From a bacterium (GTDB lineage Bacteria; Krumholzibacteriota; Krumholzibacteriia; G020349025): a stretch of 26,977 bases of DNA. Positions 9,002-17,633 of the stretch are shown here, one piece after another. The position numbers were made by a program, and so were the translations under genes. Each line of letters begins with the position of its first letter. Position 1 is the first letter of the stretch. The notes under the pieces are model-generated. The model did not search any database. It was not told where the DNA came from and saw nothing but the letters and a program-made list of their open reading frames with translations. The stretch is taken from contig JANLSU010000027.1 in NCBI GenBank assembly GCA_031362565.1, positions 1-26,977 of the forward strand. Direction: 5' to 3'.

Positions 9002-9687
9002 GGCGTCGAACTCGCCGCGAGCTTGCGGGCATCCACGCCGAGCTGATCGACGGTTTCGTTGGTGGTGCCATCGTAGTAGCCACGAATGTGGCCTTGGCCG
9101 TCGACCAGCGTGAACCGGGTACTGTGCAGCACGCTCTCGGCGCCCTTGGCGACGTCTTCCGGCGCCGAATCATCCACCGACAAATGGAAGCCGTCGATGG
9201 AGAGCCGGCGCAGTTGCCGCTTGTCGCCGGTCAGGAACAACCAGTGATCCGGCGTCGCGCCATACTCCGCCGCGTAGTCCGTGAGACGCTGCGGCGTGTC
9301 ACGATCCGGATCGACACTGAACGACACCAGCCGCACCGGGGCCGCGCCACCGAACGCCGTTCGGAGGCGCTGCAACTGCGCCGTCATCATCGGGCAGGTC
9401 GCGGCGCAATGCGTGAAGATGAAGTCGGCGATCCAGACCTGGCCGCGCAAATCGCGCAAATGCACACTGTCGCCGGTTTGCGAAACGAGCGCGAACTCGG
9501 GGAGCGCACCGTAGTCATTCAATCCGGTCAGCGTTCCATCGGCCGGAGGTACGACCACGCCACGCTCGGACGCCGGCGTTCCACCACCCAGCCGGCGGCT
9601 TGGCCCATGCCACAGCGCCGCCGCCGTCAGTCCCAAGAGCGCCGCGACCAGCGCGGCCCACAGCGCGTATTGCTTGCGGTTCGCCAT
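8998..9687 (-). CDS. SCO1/SenC family copper chaperone
   Basis: N-terminal membrane anchor, FIFTHCAATCP (CxxxC), SVDPDRDTP, conserved His in LHST. True start is MANRKQ at 9687 (TGATG overlap with the permease stop), not the longer ORF from 9945. Confidence 0.93.
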   Translation of the reverse strand: MANRKQYALWAALVAALLGLTAAALWHGPSRRLGGGTPASERGVVVPPADGTLTGLNDYGALPEFALVSQTGDSVHLRDLRGQVWIADFIFTHCAATCPMMTAQLQRLRTAFGGAAPVRLVSFSVDPDRDTPQRLTDYAAEYGATPDHWLFLTGDKRQLRRLSIDGFHLSVDDSAPEDVAKGAESVLHSTRFTLVDGQGHIRGYYDGTTNETVDQLGVDARKLAASSTP

Positions 9688-10484
9688 CAGTGCAGGTCTC
9701 CGGATGTCGTGCGCCGCGCTTGATACGACGCGAAGGCGAACATCGCCGCCGCGAATGCGATCGAGATGCCGAGCGAAAGGCCGAGCGCCGGCACGCCGGC
9801 ACCAATGATCTCGGGCCGCCCCGAACCCAGGTACATGCCGCGGCGCGTCGCCGCCAAGGCATAGGTCATCGGGTTGCACGCCATGATGAGGCGCAGCCAC
9901 TCGGGCGCGCTGCTCTGTGGAAACATGGCGCCCGACAACATCCACATCGGCATCAGCATCAACATCATGATGGCGTGAAAACCTTGCACCGAATCGAGCC
10001 GCCAGGCGATCAAGAACCCGAGCCCACTGAGACCGAAGGCCACGAGCAAGAGCATCCCCGCCGCGACACCCACCGCCGGGACCGTCATACGAAGCCCGGC
10101 GAGCGGCGCAAAGAGCAGCACGGGCAGCACCTGCACCATCGCCAGTGCCGTGCTGCCGAGCATCTTGCCGAGGACGATCGCGCTGCGTGGCACCGGCGCC
10201 ACCAACACGGACTGCAGGAACCCCTCGCGCCGGTCCTCGATGATCGAAATGGTCGCGAAGATCGCCGCGAACAGCACGATCATGAGCAGCGTGCCGGGGA
10301 ACAGGAACTCGAGCGGACCGACATCCTCCGGCGAACCCGGCGCATGAAACGATTTGCCGAGGCCCGAACCGATGACCGCCCAGAACAGCACCGGCGTCAA
10401 CATCGCCGACAGAACCCGGCTCCGCTGCCGGAAGAAGCGCACCATCTCGCGATGCGCCAGACTGAATGCCGGCCGCCAGGTCAT
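9687..10484 (-). CDS. ABC-2 type transporter permease
   Basis: Motifs REMVRFFRQRSR, FPG, SIIEDRREGFLQSVLVAP, LSGAMFP, NPMTY; six hydrophobic segments. Confidence 0.92.
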   Translation of the reverse strand: MTWRPAFSLAHREMVRFFRQRSRVLSAMLTPVLFWAVIGSGLGKSFHAPGSPEDVGPLEFLFPGTLLMIVLFAAIFATISIIEDRREGFLQSVLVAPVPRSAIVLGKMLGSTALAMVQVLPVLLFAPLAGLRMTVPAVGVAAGMLLLVAFGLSGLGFLIAWRLDSVQGFHAIMMLMLMPMWMLSGAMFPQSSAPEWLRLIMACNPMTYALAATRRGMYLGSGRPEIIGAGVPALGLSLGISIAFAAAMFAFASYQARRTTSGDLH

Positions 10485-11482
10485 GAGTGTTTACCTGCCT
10501 CGGCCGGTGCGGCTTCCCCGGCCCAAAACGCGCGCCCGGTCGTTTGAATGAAGACGTCTTCGAGTGTCGGCTTGGAGAGGGTCACGGCCTCGACGTCGTT
10601 CGGAAATGCCTCCAACAGGCGCCGCACGAGATCGGCGCTCGTGTCGCGTTCGATGCGCAGCACGCCGTCCAACAACACCGGCTGGCAGCCGAGACGTGCG
10701 GCGATTTGCGGTACCAGCGCTTGCGGGTCGCGCGCCGTGATGGTGATGACGTCGCCGCCCACCCGCTGCTTCAATTCGGTTGTTGTTCCTGCCGCCACGA
10801 TCCGGCCGCGATCCAGAATCGCGACCCGGTCGCAACGCTCGACTTCCTCCAGGATGTGGCTCGTCATCAGAATCGTGACGCCGTCGTTGGTGCGGATCTC
10901 CTGCAGCAACTGCCACAGATCGCGCCGTGCCCCCGGGTCGAGGCCAGTCGACGGCTCATCCAGAATGAGAACGCGTGGCCGATGCAACAGTCCCTTGGCG
11001 ATCTCGACGCGCCGGCGCAGACCCCCCGACAGGCTCTCGACCATCGAATCGCGCCGGTCCGAAAGTTTGAACCGCGCCAATGCGGTGTCGATGCGCATGT
11101 CGAGATCTTTGCCGCCCAAGCCGTAGAGGTGCCCCCCGTAGCGCAGGTTCTCGCGCACGGTAAGTTTGCGATCGAGTGCCGGCGCTTGGAACACGACGCC
11201 TAAGTGGGTACGGACCCGCGCCCGGTCGCGCAGGATATCGGCACCCAAGATTTGCGCCGTACCGCTCCGCGGCTGAATGAGCGTCGACAAGATCCGGAAC
11301 AACGTCGTCTTGCCGCCGCCGTTCGGACCAAGCAAGCCGAAGATCTCGCCCGGTTGCACGTCGAAACTGACGCTGTCGAGGGCCACGTGCTCACCGTACG
11401 CATGCGACAGCGCGGTCGCACGCACCGCAGGCATGCCGGTCGCGTCGCTGGACGCGAACTTCGCGGGTGCAGTCTGTGTCAC
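10481..11482 (-). CDS. ABC transporter ATP-binding protein (DrrA-like)
   Basis: Walker A GPNGGGKTT, signature LSGG, Walker B ILDEP, H-loop TSH. Start is uncertain; GTG at 11482 chosen because the longer ORF overlaps ctaB out of frame. Confidence 0.9.
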   Translation of the reverse strand: MTQTAPAKFASSDATGMPAVRATALSHAYGEHVALDSVSFDVQPGEIFGLLGPNGGGKTTLFRILSTLIQPRSGTAQILGADILRDRARVRTHLGVVFQAPALDRKLTVRENLRYGGHLYGLGGKDLDMRIDTALARFKLSDRRDSMVESLSGGLRRRVEIAKGLLHRPRVLILDEPSTGLDPGARRDLWQLLQEIRTNDGVTILMTSHILEEVERCDRVAILDRGRIVAAGTTTELKQRVGGDVITITARDPQALVPQIAARLGCQPVLLDGVLRIERDTSADLVRRLLEAFPNDVEAVTLSKPTLEDVFIQTTGRAFWAGEAAPAEAGKHS

Positions 11483-11517
11483 GTCGTACCGCCTGTCGGC
11501 CCGGCCGTCCGCCCGCT

Positions 11518-12468
11518 CTAGCGCAGCGGCACCTTGTCGAGCACGAGCAGCCCGAAGAGCACGGGCAGATAAAGGATGGATCCCAAGAAGACACGCCGCG
11601 CGTGCGGCAAGGAACCATGCGCGGCGAGAATCGCCGCGAGCGCCACGAAGGCGAGACCGAGCGCCACGGCGCCCGTTGCATACCAAGCGCCGGAGAGTCC
11701 AAAGACGGCCGGCAGCAAACTCACCGGCACGAGCGCCAAGCTCCACACCACGATGTGGCGGGTCGTGGCCCGGCCCGTCGGATCCACGACCGGCAGCATC
11801 GCAAATCCGCCGCGCGCGTAGTCTTCGCGGTACATCCAGGCAATCGCATAAAAATGCGGTAACTGCCAGACGAACATGATGGCGAAGAGTGACCAGGCGC
11901 CAATGTCGAGCGTGCCGCGCGCCGCCGCCCAGCCGATGACCGGCGGCAACGCCCCTGGCACCGCGCCGACGACGGTACAGAGCCAGGTGCGCGTCTTGAG
12001 CGGCGTGTACGCAAAGACGTACGTGACCAAGGTCACGGCCGTGACAATCGCCGCGAGAATATTGACGAAGATCGCCAGCTCCAGCAATCCCGCGATCGTG
12101 ACGGCGACACCAAACGCCAGCGCTTCGTCGGCGCTCATGCGCGCCGCCGGCAACGGCCGTTTCGCAGTGCGGCGCATGAGCGCGTCGCGGTCGCGCTCCC
12201 ACCACTGGTTGAGAGCGCTCGACCCGCTGCACGCGAGCGCCGTTCCCAGCAGCAAGTGCGCTACGAATCCCCAACTGAACGGACCCAGGGCGCCCAGGTG
12301 AAATCCAACGTAGGTCGTCAAGACGACGAGCGACGTGATGCGCGGCTTGCTGAGCATGGAGTAGTCCCGCAGTCGCGCCGCGAGACCAGCCGCAGTAGCA
12401 GTGGCGGTGGCGGTGGCGGTGGCCGGTGCCGCGGGCATGGCGGCCGATTCGAGCGTCGATGTCCGCAT
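11518..12468 (-). CDS. ctaB: Heme o synthase (protoheme IX farnesyltransferase)
   Basis: Motifs KPRI, ALNQWWERDRDALMRRTAKRPLP, YTPLK, GAVPGALPP.IGW, WQLPHF, YREDYARGG. GAGGTG RBS 6 nt before the ATG at 12468. Confidence 0.96.
   Translation of the reverse strand: MRTSTLESAAMPAAPATATATATATAAGLAARLRDYSMLSKPRITSLVVLTTYVGFHLGALGPFSWGFVAHLLLGTALACSGSSALNQWWERDRDALMRRTAKRPLPAARMSADEALAFGVAVTIAGLLELAIFVNILAAIVTAVTLVTYVFAYTPLKTRTWLCTVVGAVPGALPPVIGWAAARGTLDIGAWSLFAIMFVWQLPHFYAIAWMYREDYARGGFAMLPVVDPTGRATTRHIVVWSLALVPVSLLPAVFGLSGAWYATGAVALGLAFVALAAILAAHGSLPHARRVFLGSILYLPVLFGLLVLDKVPLR
12392..12423 (-). repeat. In-frame hexamer tandem repeat encoding (Ala-Thr)5 in the ctaB N-terminus
   Basis: Plus strand reads GCAGTA GCAGTG GCGGTG GCGGTG GCGGTG GC. 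Confidence 0.7.
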
Positions 12469-12478
12469 CCAGTTCACC

Positions 12479-13483
12479 TCAGGACGCCACAGCGAAAGTA
12501 GTGCGTGCGATTGCCGGGCGGCGGGCCACGATCCAGCGCTGGCTTTGCAGCGTCAACACCAGGCTCGTCGCCAGCACCAAGGCACCGTTCAGCACATGAA
12601 ACGTCGTCGGCAAGACCGCCTTCTGGGTCCAAATCGTGGTCGCGCCAAGCAGGACCTGCAATACCACCAGACCCGCCAAGAGGCGCGCCGGCCGCGCGAG
12701 TTGCGGTACGTCGCGGTGCGCGCGCAGCACGCGCGTCACGGTGATGGCGACTAGCGTCGCAACCACCCAGGCCCAGGCGCGGTGCGCAAAATGCACCGCG
12801 ACGTTGGGCGAAGTAAACGGCGGAATCACCCGGCCGAAGGCGAGCGGAAAGTCGGGGATCGCCAGTCCCGCCTCGCGGTGCCGCATCGTCGCACCGAGGA
12901 TCAATTGCACGTACACGGCCAACGTCGTCAGAATGGAGAGCGTGCGCAACGATACACCGGTGCCCGGTTCGTCGCGTGGTGTGGCCGGCCGTAACCAAGC
13001 GCCGGACGTGAAGAGCGCAATCGCGACGGTGATACAGAAAAATGTTTGCCCGAGCGCCCCATGTGCCACGGACACCGGCGCAGGCAAGAGCATCTTCACG
13101 GTCAGTCCGCCCAGAAGTCCCTGCAGAATGACGGCGAAAAGCGCCGCGAGTCCCAACCGGCGCACCCACAAACGTGGCTCGCGCTTCCACAACCAGACGG
13201 CGAGAATCACCGTCAAGAGACCCACGGTCGATGCGACCATGCGATGCCCATGCTCGAAACGGACGTTCCCGACCATGGGCGGCATGATTTGGCCGTAGGA
13301 CAGAGGCCAATCGGGAACCGCGAGGCCTGAGCCGGTGCTCGTCACCAAGCCACCCGCGAAGACGAGAAGCCCGGTGCAAACCGCGACCGCGAGCGCATAG
13401 CGTTGCAAGGCACGCGGCGTCACCGACGCAACACCCGATGGCGCGAGCGCGCTCTGGGTGTCGGGGGTTTGGAACGGCGTCAT
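12479..13483 (-). CDS. ctaA: Heme A synthase (COX15/CtaA)
   Basis: Motifs GGLVTSTGSGLAVPDWP, FEHGHR, LQGLLGGLTV, AHG, LGATMRH, AHR, FHV; eight TM segments. Start is MTPFQ at 13483; the upstream ORF extension is a shadow of the neighbouring gene. Confidence 0.93.
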   Translation of the reverse strand: MTPFQTPDTQSALAPSGVASVTPRALQRYALAVAVCTGLLVFAGGLVTSTGSGLAVPDWPLSYGQIMPPMVGNVRFEHGHRMVASTVGLLTVILAVWLWKREPRLWVRRLGLAALFAVILQGLLGGLTVKMLLPAPVSVAHGALGQTFFCITVAIALFTSGAWLRPATPRDEPGTGVSLRTLSILTTLAVYVQLILGATMRHREAGLAIPDFPLAFGRVIPPFTSPNVAVHFAHRAWAWVVATLVAITVTRVLRAHRDVPQLARPARLLAGLVVLQVLLGATTIWTQKAVLPTTFHVLNGALVLATSLVLTLQSQRWIVARRPAIARTTFAVAS

Positions 13484-13665
13484 GGGACTCTCGACTCGAA
13501 CGGGATTCAGGGCGTCACGCGGCGCCTTGTCGTCTTGCGGAACGCGCCGGAACCGGTGAATCCTAGTCGCCCCCCGCGGCCTTGGCAACTGGGGTTTCCA
13601 CGGGACCGATCTCTTTTGACGAGAACGGGTTCCCGCGGCGAACTGGGACCCTTCCGGGCCCGCTC

Positions 13666-14472
13666 TCAGGACCCGGCCGCGGCCTTGAACGTGAAGTCGA
13701 GCGTCGGCGTCGCACCATCGGCAGTCACCGTCAGCTTGGCCGTCTGTGAACCAAGCTTCTCGTGCCAGGCCTGGATCGTGTACTCCCCTGGCGGCAGATT
13801 CGCGATCTTGTAGCTGCCGGCGTTGTCCGTGACTCCGAAGTACGGGTGGGACATGACATGCCCCCACGACTGCATCCACGGATGCACGTCGCACTTGAAA
13901 CGCACCGTGCCCAGTTCCTTGACGAATTCGGTGATCTGCATTCCCTGCCGTGCCATGCCTTTGTTGAACTCGCCGTGGCCGCTCTCGGGAATCGCGTGCA
14001 CGTTGTGCAACGTCGGATCGCTGTTCAGGATCCGGAGCGGCTGATTGACGGCGAGCCCGAAGACATGCGGATAGTAGATGCAGCCCTTTTGGTCGAGCGT
14101 CACCGTGTCGGGCGGCACCGGGAAGGTCTTGCCCTCGAGGCCCGCCTGCACCGATACGAAGACGTTCTGCAATCCGCCGCCCGCGCCCACGACGACGTCT
14201 TCCGTCAGCGCCGGTTCGGTGTGCTGTTTGTGGCAAGCGTCATCGGCCGACATCTTGATGGCCTTGCGCTCGGGCGGCGTACCCTCGAAGTGAATGGTGC
14301 CCGAGAGCGTGACCGTCGGTCCCGCCGGCGCGCTCGGCGCCGCAGCAGCGAGCGGCGGCGTATTGCCGGCGTCGTTTGCCTTCGGTTGGTCGCTGCTTTT
14401 CTTGGCGCAGCCCACGAGCGCCAGGGCTACCGCCGCCGCAACCGGAATCGCGCCCATCCACATCTTCCGCAT
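13666..14472 (-). CDS. Lipoprotein with cupredoxin-like motif and carboxypeptidase-regulatory-like domain (oxidase-operon associated)
   Basis: Lipobox LVG-C. Motifs DQKGCIYYPHV, NSDPTLHNVH, FKCDVHPWM, I.NLPPGEYTIQAWHEKLG. GGAGGAG RBS before the ATG at 14472. Confidence 0.85.
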   Translation of the reverse strand: MRKMWMGAIPVAAAVALALVGCAKKSSDQPKANDAGNTPPLAAAAPSAPAGPTVTLSGTIHFEGTPPERKAIKMSADDACHKQHTEPALTEDVVVGAGGGLQNVFVSVQAGLEGKTFPVPPDTVTLDQKGCIYYPHVFGLAVNQPLRILNSDPTLHNVHAIPESGHGEFNKGMARQGMQITEFVKELGTVRFKCDVHPWMQSWGHVMSHPYFGVTDNAGSYKIANLPPGEYTIQAWHEKLGSQTAKLTVTADGATPTLDFTFKAAAGS

Positions 14473-14527
14473 CGTCAAAGTCTCCTCCAGCTCGCGCCGC
14501 GGCAGTGGTGCCGCGGCAACAAATCGC

Positions 14528-14556
14528 ATGCTAGGAGATCGGCGGCGCGGGTTCAA
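14528..14556 (-). promoter_or_regulatory. Putative sigma70 promoter of the oxidase-assembly operon
   Basis: Minus strand TTGAAC-N17-TAGCAT, 55 nt upstream of the ATG at 14472. Confidence 0.55.
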
Positions 14557-14616
14557 GACAACCCTCGAGCATGCGGTCCTGCAAAGCGCCCGTTGCCCGG
14601 TTTTTGCCCAAGCGGG

Positions 14617-14645
14617 TTGACAGCGATCTGATTGGAGAACATCGT
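14617..14645 (+). promoter_or_regulatory. Putative sigma70 promoter of the SnoaL gene
   Basis: Perfect TTGACA, a 17-nt spacer, then a weak -10 (CATCGT). Confidence 0.4.
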
Positions 14646-14694
14646 TGTGTCATCTTTACACCCGCGCGGCTGGCCGCGCGGCCCGGAGGTAGCC

Positions 14695-15066
14695 ATGTCC
14701 ACCCAATCCGTCGCTCAAGGGCTCGTCGAACTCTGCCGCCAGGGCAAGAACATCGAAGCGATCGACAAGTATTACGCCGATGACATCGTGAGCATCGAGC
14801 CCGTTGGCGGACCCGACATGCCCGCCACGATGAAAGGTAAGGCCGCGGTTCGAAGCAAGAACGAATGGTGGGTTGCCAACCACGAGATCCATAACGCCAA
14901 GGCCAGTGCGGCGATGGTGGGCGACGGGCAATTCGCGGTCCACTTTGAATACGACGTGACCAACAAACCGTCCGCCCGTCGGATGAAGATGGCGGAGATG
15001 GGCCTGTACACGGTGAAGGGCGACAAGATCGTCGAGGAACAATTCTTCTATACGCCGGGTGCGTGA
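14695..15066 (+). CDS. SnoaL-like/NTF2 family protein
   Basis: VA..LVELCRQGK..EAIDKYYADDIVSIE…GKAAV..KNEWW…H…GDGQFAV.F..DVT.K…M.EMGLYTVK..KIVEEQFFY. GGAGGT RBS. Confidence 0.88.
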   Translation: MSTQSVAQGLVELCRQGKNIEAIDKYYADDIVSIEPVGGPDMPATMKGKAAVRSKNEWWVANHEIHNAKASAAMVGDGQFAVHFEYDVTNKPSARRMKMAEMGLYTVKGDKIVEEQFFYTPGA

Positions 15067-15108
15067 CCAAAGAGAGTCGCAGAACCAAAGCTTCTACGCG
15101 GAGTCACG

Positions 15109-15636
15109 ATGGTGATGCGCGCGCCGATTGTTCGACTGTGTGCGTTGCTCACGGCTATTGCGATCGTCGCGGCATGCGACAATGGCGCACCGGCGTCGAC
15201 CCATGTGCGGCTGCAGTTGAAAGTGTCCCGGGAAGGCCGCCCGCACCACCCGGTTTCGATCGAGGCGTTCGTGGTGAACGACGGTGCGTTCGCCGTCAAT
15301 CACGCGACCGGCCCACCGGGCGCCGCAGCGGTTCCGGCGCAGCGGGGCCTCTGGTTCACGCTCTTCGACTCGCAGGGTCATACCGTCTATTTTCCGCCCT
15401 GCGAACCGCACCCCGTGGTTCCCGGACCCGGGAATGGGTTCTCGTCTTTTCTCCTCCCCGGTGAGTCAATCCAAGCCTCGATGGAGTTCGGCGATGTCGT
15501 GTGCGAAAGCATCAGATCGGAGCACATGCCGCCCGCTGGAACCTATCGCGTTGTTGCGTCGTTCCGTTGGTCCGGTTCGAGCCGATTCGACGTCGTCGAG
15601 CAACGACAGGCGACGTTCATTTGGAGAGCGGAATGA
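15109..15636 (+). CDS. Hypothetical lipoprotein, predicted single Ig-like beta-sandwich
   Basis: GGAG RBS, hydrophobic leader ending VAA-C, LLPGESI…PPAGTYRVVASF pattern. Confidence 0.65.
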   Translation: MVMRAPIVRLCALLTAIAIVAACDNGAPASTHVRLQLKVSREGRPHHPVSIEAFVVNDGAFAVNHATGPPGAAAVPAQRGLWFTLFDSQGHTVYFPPCEPHPVVPGPGNGFSSFLLPGESIQASMEFGDVVCESIRSEHMPPAGTYRVVASFRWSGSSRFDVVEQRQATFIWRAE

Positions 15637-16100
15637 CGGCGGCGCGCGTGACTCGAGCGATCCTCATTGCCAGCTCGGTTTGCAGCCTGCGCTGCGGAGA
15701 CGTGGCTGCGCCGCCGCCCCAACGCGTACAGCTCGATCTGCAACTCGATCGGTTGCCGACCGCATCTCCGCCGCCCGTACAGATCTCGGCGACCGCGACC
15801 AATGTGTCGGCGGCGCCCATCGCAATCGCCTGCGGTTTCAGATTCCAAGTGCGTGGCCCGGACGGCATCTCGAGCTATGACAACGGCGGGATCGGTCCGC
15901 CAGTAGTTTGCGGATACCCGGGGCCAACGACTCCGCCAGGCGGGGGCCGAACCGCATCGTGGCAGTTCCTTGGAAATTGGTTCGATGCCAACGGAGAGCC
16001 GGCCCCTGCGCCACCGGGAACGTATGTCGTCTTGGCCACCGTTTCCGAGGCCTACGGCGGAGTTGTCGCGCAGAAGACGATCACCTTCGTTTGGCCGTGA
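15633..16100 (+). CDS. Hypothetical exported protein/lipoprotein, paralogue of the upstream gene
   Basis: ATGA overlap with the upstream stop, leader ending SLR-C, APPGTYVVLATV…KTITFVW. Confidence 0.65.
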   Translation: MTAARVTRAILIASSVCSLRCGDVAAPPPQRVQLDLQLDRLPTASPPPVQISATATNVSAAPIAIACGFRFQVRGPDGISSYDNGGIGPPVVCGYPGPTTPPGGGRTASWQFLGNWFDANGEPAPAPPGTYVVLATVSEAYGGVVAQKTITFVWP

Positions 16101-16121
16101 ATTCGACCCACCGTCGTTGGA

Positions 16122-17504
16122 CTAGAGCAGCGTGCCGCGCAGGATCAGCACTGCGGCGCTGAAATAGATGATGAGGCCGGTCACGTCGACGAGCGTCGCG
16201 ACGAAGGGTGCCGACGAGACTGCCGGATCGAGCCCTAGGCGCTTCAGAAGAAATGGCAGCATCGATCCCGAGATCGTCCCCCACAACACGATGCCCACCA
16301 GTGTTACCGCCACGGTCACCGCAATAAGCAAGTAGTGTTCACCATAGGTATTGCTGAACTGTGCCCAGATCACGATGCGCAAAAATCCAAGGAGTCCGAG
16401 TACGCCCCCCAGGATGAGTCCGGTCATCATCTCGCGGCGCATGATGCGCCACCAATCTCCGAGTCCGAACTCGCCGATCGAAAGGGCGCGAATGATGAGG
16501 GTCGCGGCCTGCGAGCCCGAGTTACCACCGCTCGAGATGATGAGGGGGATGAAGAGTGACAAGACGAGCGCCCGCGCCAATTCTTGTTCGAAGTGCTGCA
16601 TGGCAGTCGCGGTGAGCAACTCTCCAAGAAAGAGAACGCAGAGCCACGTCGCCCGCTTGCGCACCAGTCGAAAGAAGCTGGTGTCGAGGTACGGGTCCTC
16701 GAGGGCCTGCATACCACCGATCTTCTGGATGTCTTCGGTGGCCTCTTGCTGCGCCACGTCGAGGATGTCGTCCACGGTGACGATGCCGACGATTGCCCCG
16801 CGGCCGTCCACCACCGGCAAGGCGACACGGTCGTAGCGCTCGAAGGCGCGCACCGCTTCTTCCTGGTCGTCGGTTGCCAGCAACGACGTCACACTGTAGT
16901 CGGTAATTTCGGACACCTTGCGGTCGGGCGGCGCCAGAATGATCTCGCGCAGCCGGATGTCGTCGATGAGTTTGCCGCGTTCGTCGACGACATACAAAAT
17001 GTTCATCGTCTCGCTGTCGCGGCCCGCTTTGCGCAGGTGGTCGAGCACCTCGCCCACCGACCAAGTGTCGCGCACGGTCACAAAGTCCGGCGTCATGAGC
17101 CGGCCGACGCTGTTCTCCGGATAGCCCAGCAGTTGGGTTGCGACGCGGCGTTCTTCGGGCGACAGGAGATCGATGAGCTGGCGCGTGACCGAGCCCGGCA
17201 GTTCCTCGAGCAACGCCGTGCGATCGTCGGGCGCCATTTCGTTCAGGATCTCGGCGACGTGGTTCCGTCCCAAGCCGTGCAGCAATTCCTCCTGCGCGTC
17301 CCATTCCATGTATTCGAAGAGATCGGCAGCGAGTGCGGCCGGCAGGAGCCGGAAAACGACGGCGCGGTCCTCCGGGCCGAGGCTCGAGAGCAGGTCCGCC
17401 GCATCGGCCGGCGCGAACTCGACCATGGCCTCGCGCAGACCCTTGAAGTCACGGCTCTCGACCATGGCTTGGATTTCGGGCAAGAACGCGCGTCCGTACA
17501 GCAT
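16122..17504 (-). CDS. mgtE: Magnesium transporter MgtE
   Basis: MgtE N-domain (EMAPDDR), YPENSVGRLMT, CBS pair (GIVTVDD), SSGGNSGSQ, DPAVSSAPFVATLVDV. GGGAG RBS before the ATG at 17504. Confidence 0.96.
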   Translation of the reverse strand: MLYGRAFLPEIQAMVESRDFKGLREAMVEFAPADAADLLSSLGPEDRAVVFRLLPAALAADLFEYMEWDAQEELLHGLGRNHVAEILNEMAPDDRTALLEELPGSVTRQLIDLLSPEERRVATQLLGYPENSVGRLMTPDFVTVRDTWSVGEVLDHLRKAGRDSETMNILYVVDERGKLIDDIRLREIILAPPDRKVSEITDYSVTSLLATDDQEEAVRAFERYDRVALPVVDGRGAIVGIVTVDDILDVAQQEATEDIQKIGGMQALEDPYLDTSFFRLVRKRATWLCVLFLGELLTATAMQHFEQELARALVLSLFIPLIISSGGNSGSQAATLIIRALSIGEFGLGDWWRIMRREMMTGLILGGVLGLLGFLRIVIWAQFSNTYGEHYLLIAVTVAVTLVGIVLWGTISGSMLPFLLKRLGLDPAVSSAPFVATLVDVTGLIIYFSAAVLILRGTLL

Positions 17505-17633
17505 GCGAGTCTCCCGAAAGACAGTCGTGCGAGCCGTGCCGCGGGGCCAAGCCGAACCGGCGCAAGCGGCGTGCCGTGCGAGACACGGCGCGCGCACAGC
17601 TTTCGGAAACGGCATCAACGGGGCGCGCCCCCA

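Noticed and set aside
6990..9173. 727-aa minus-strand ORF and many other long overlapping ORFs in the track
   Set aside because: Arg/Ala/Pro-rich shadow frames of well-supported genes, as expected in high-GC DNA.
12392..12423. Hexamer repeat in ctaB as a phase-variation switch
   Set aside because: The unit length is a multiple of three and it lies in a low-complexity N-terminal linker, so slippage would not change the frame.
12479..14236. Long N-terminal extensions of the ctaA ORF (similarly the ABC ATPase, SCO, mgtE and sodC ORFs) as possible fusions or frameshifts
   Set aside because: They overlap neighbouring real genes out of frame or antisense; internal starts with an RBS or stop-start coupling explain each gene.
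14617..14630. TTGAC-AGCG-ATCTG as an FNR box upstream of respiratory genes
   Set aside because: Only 7/10 match and better explained as a -35 element.
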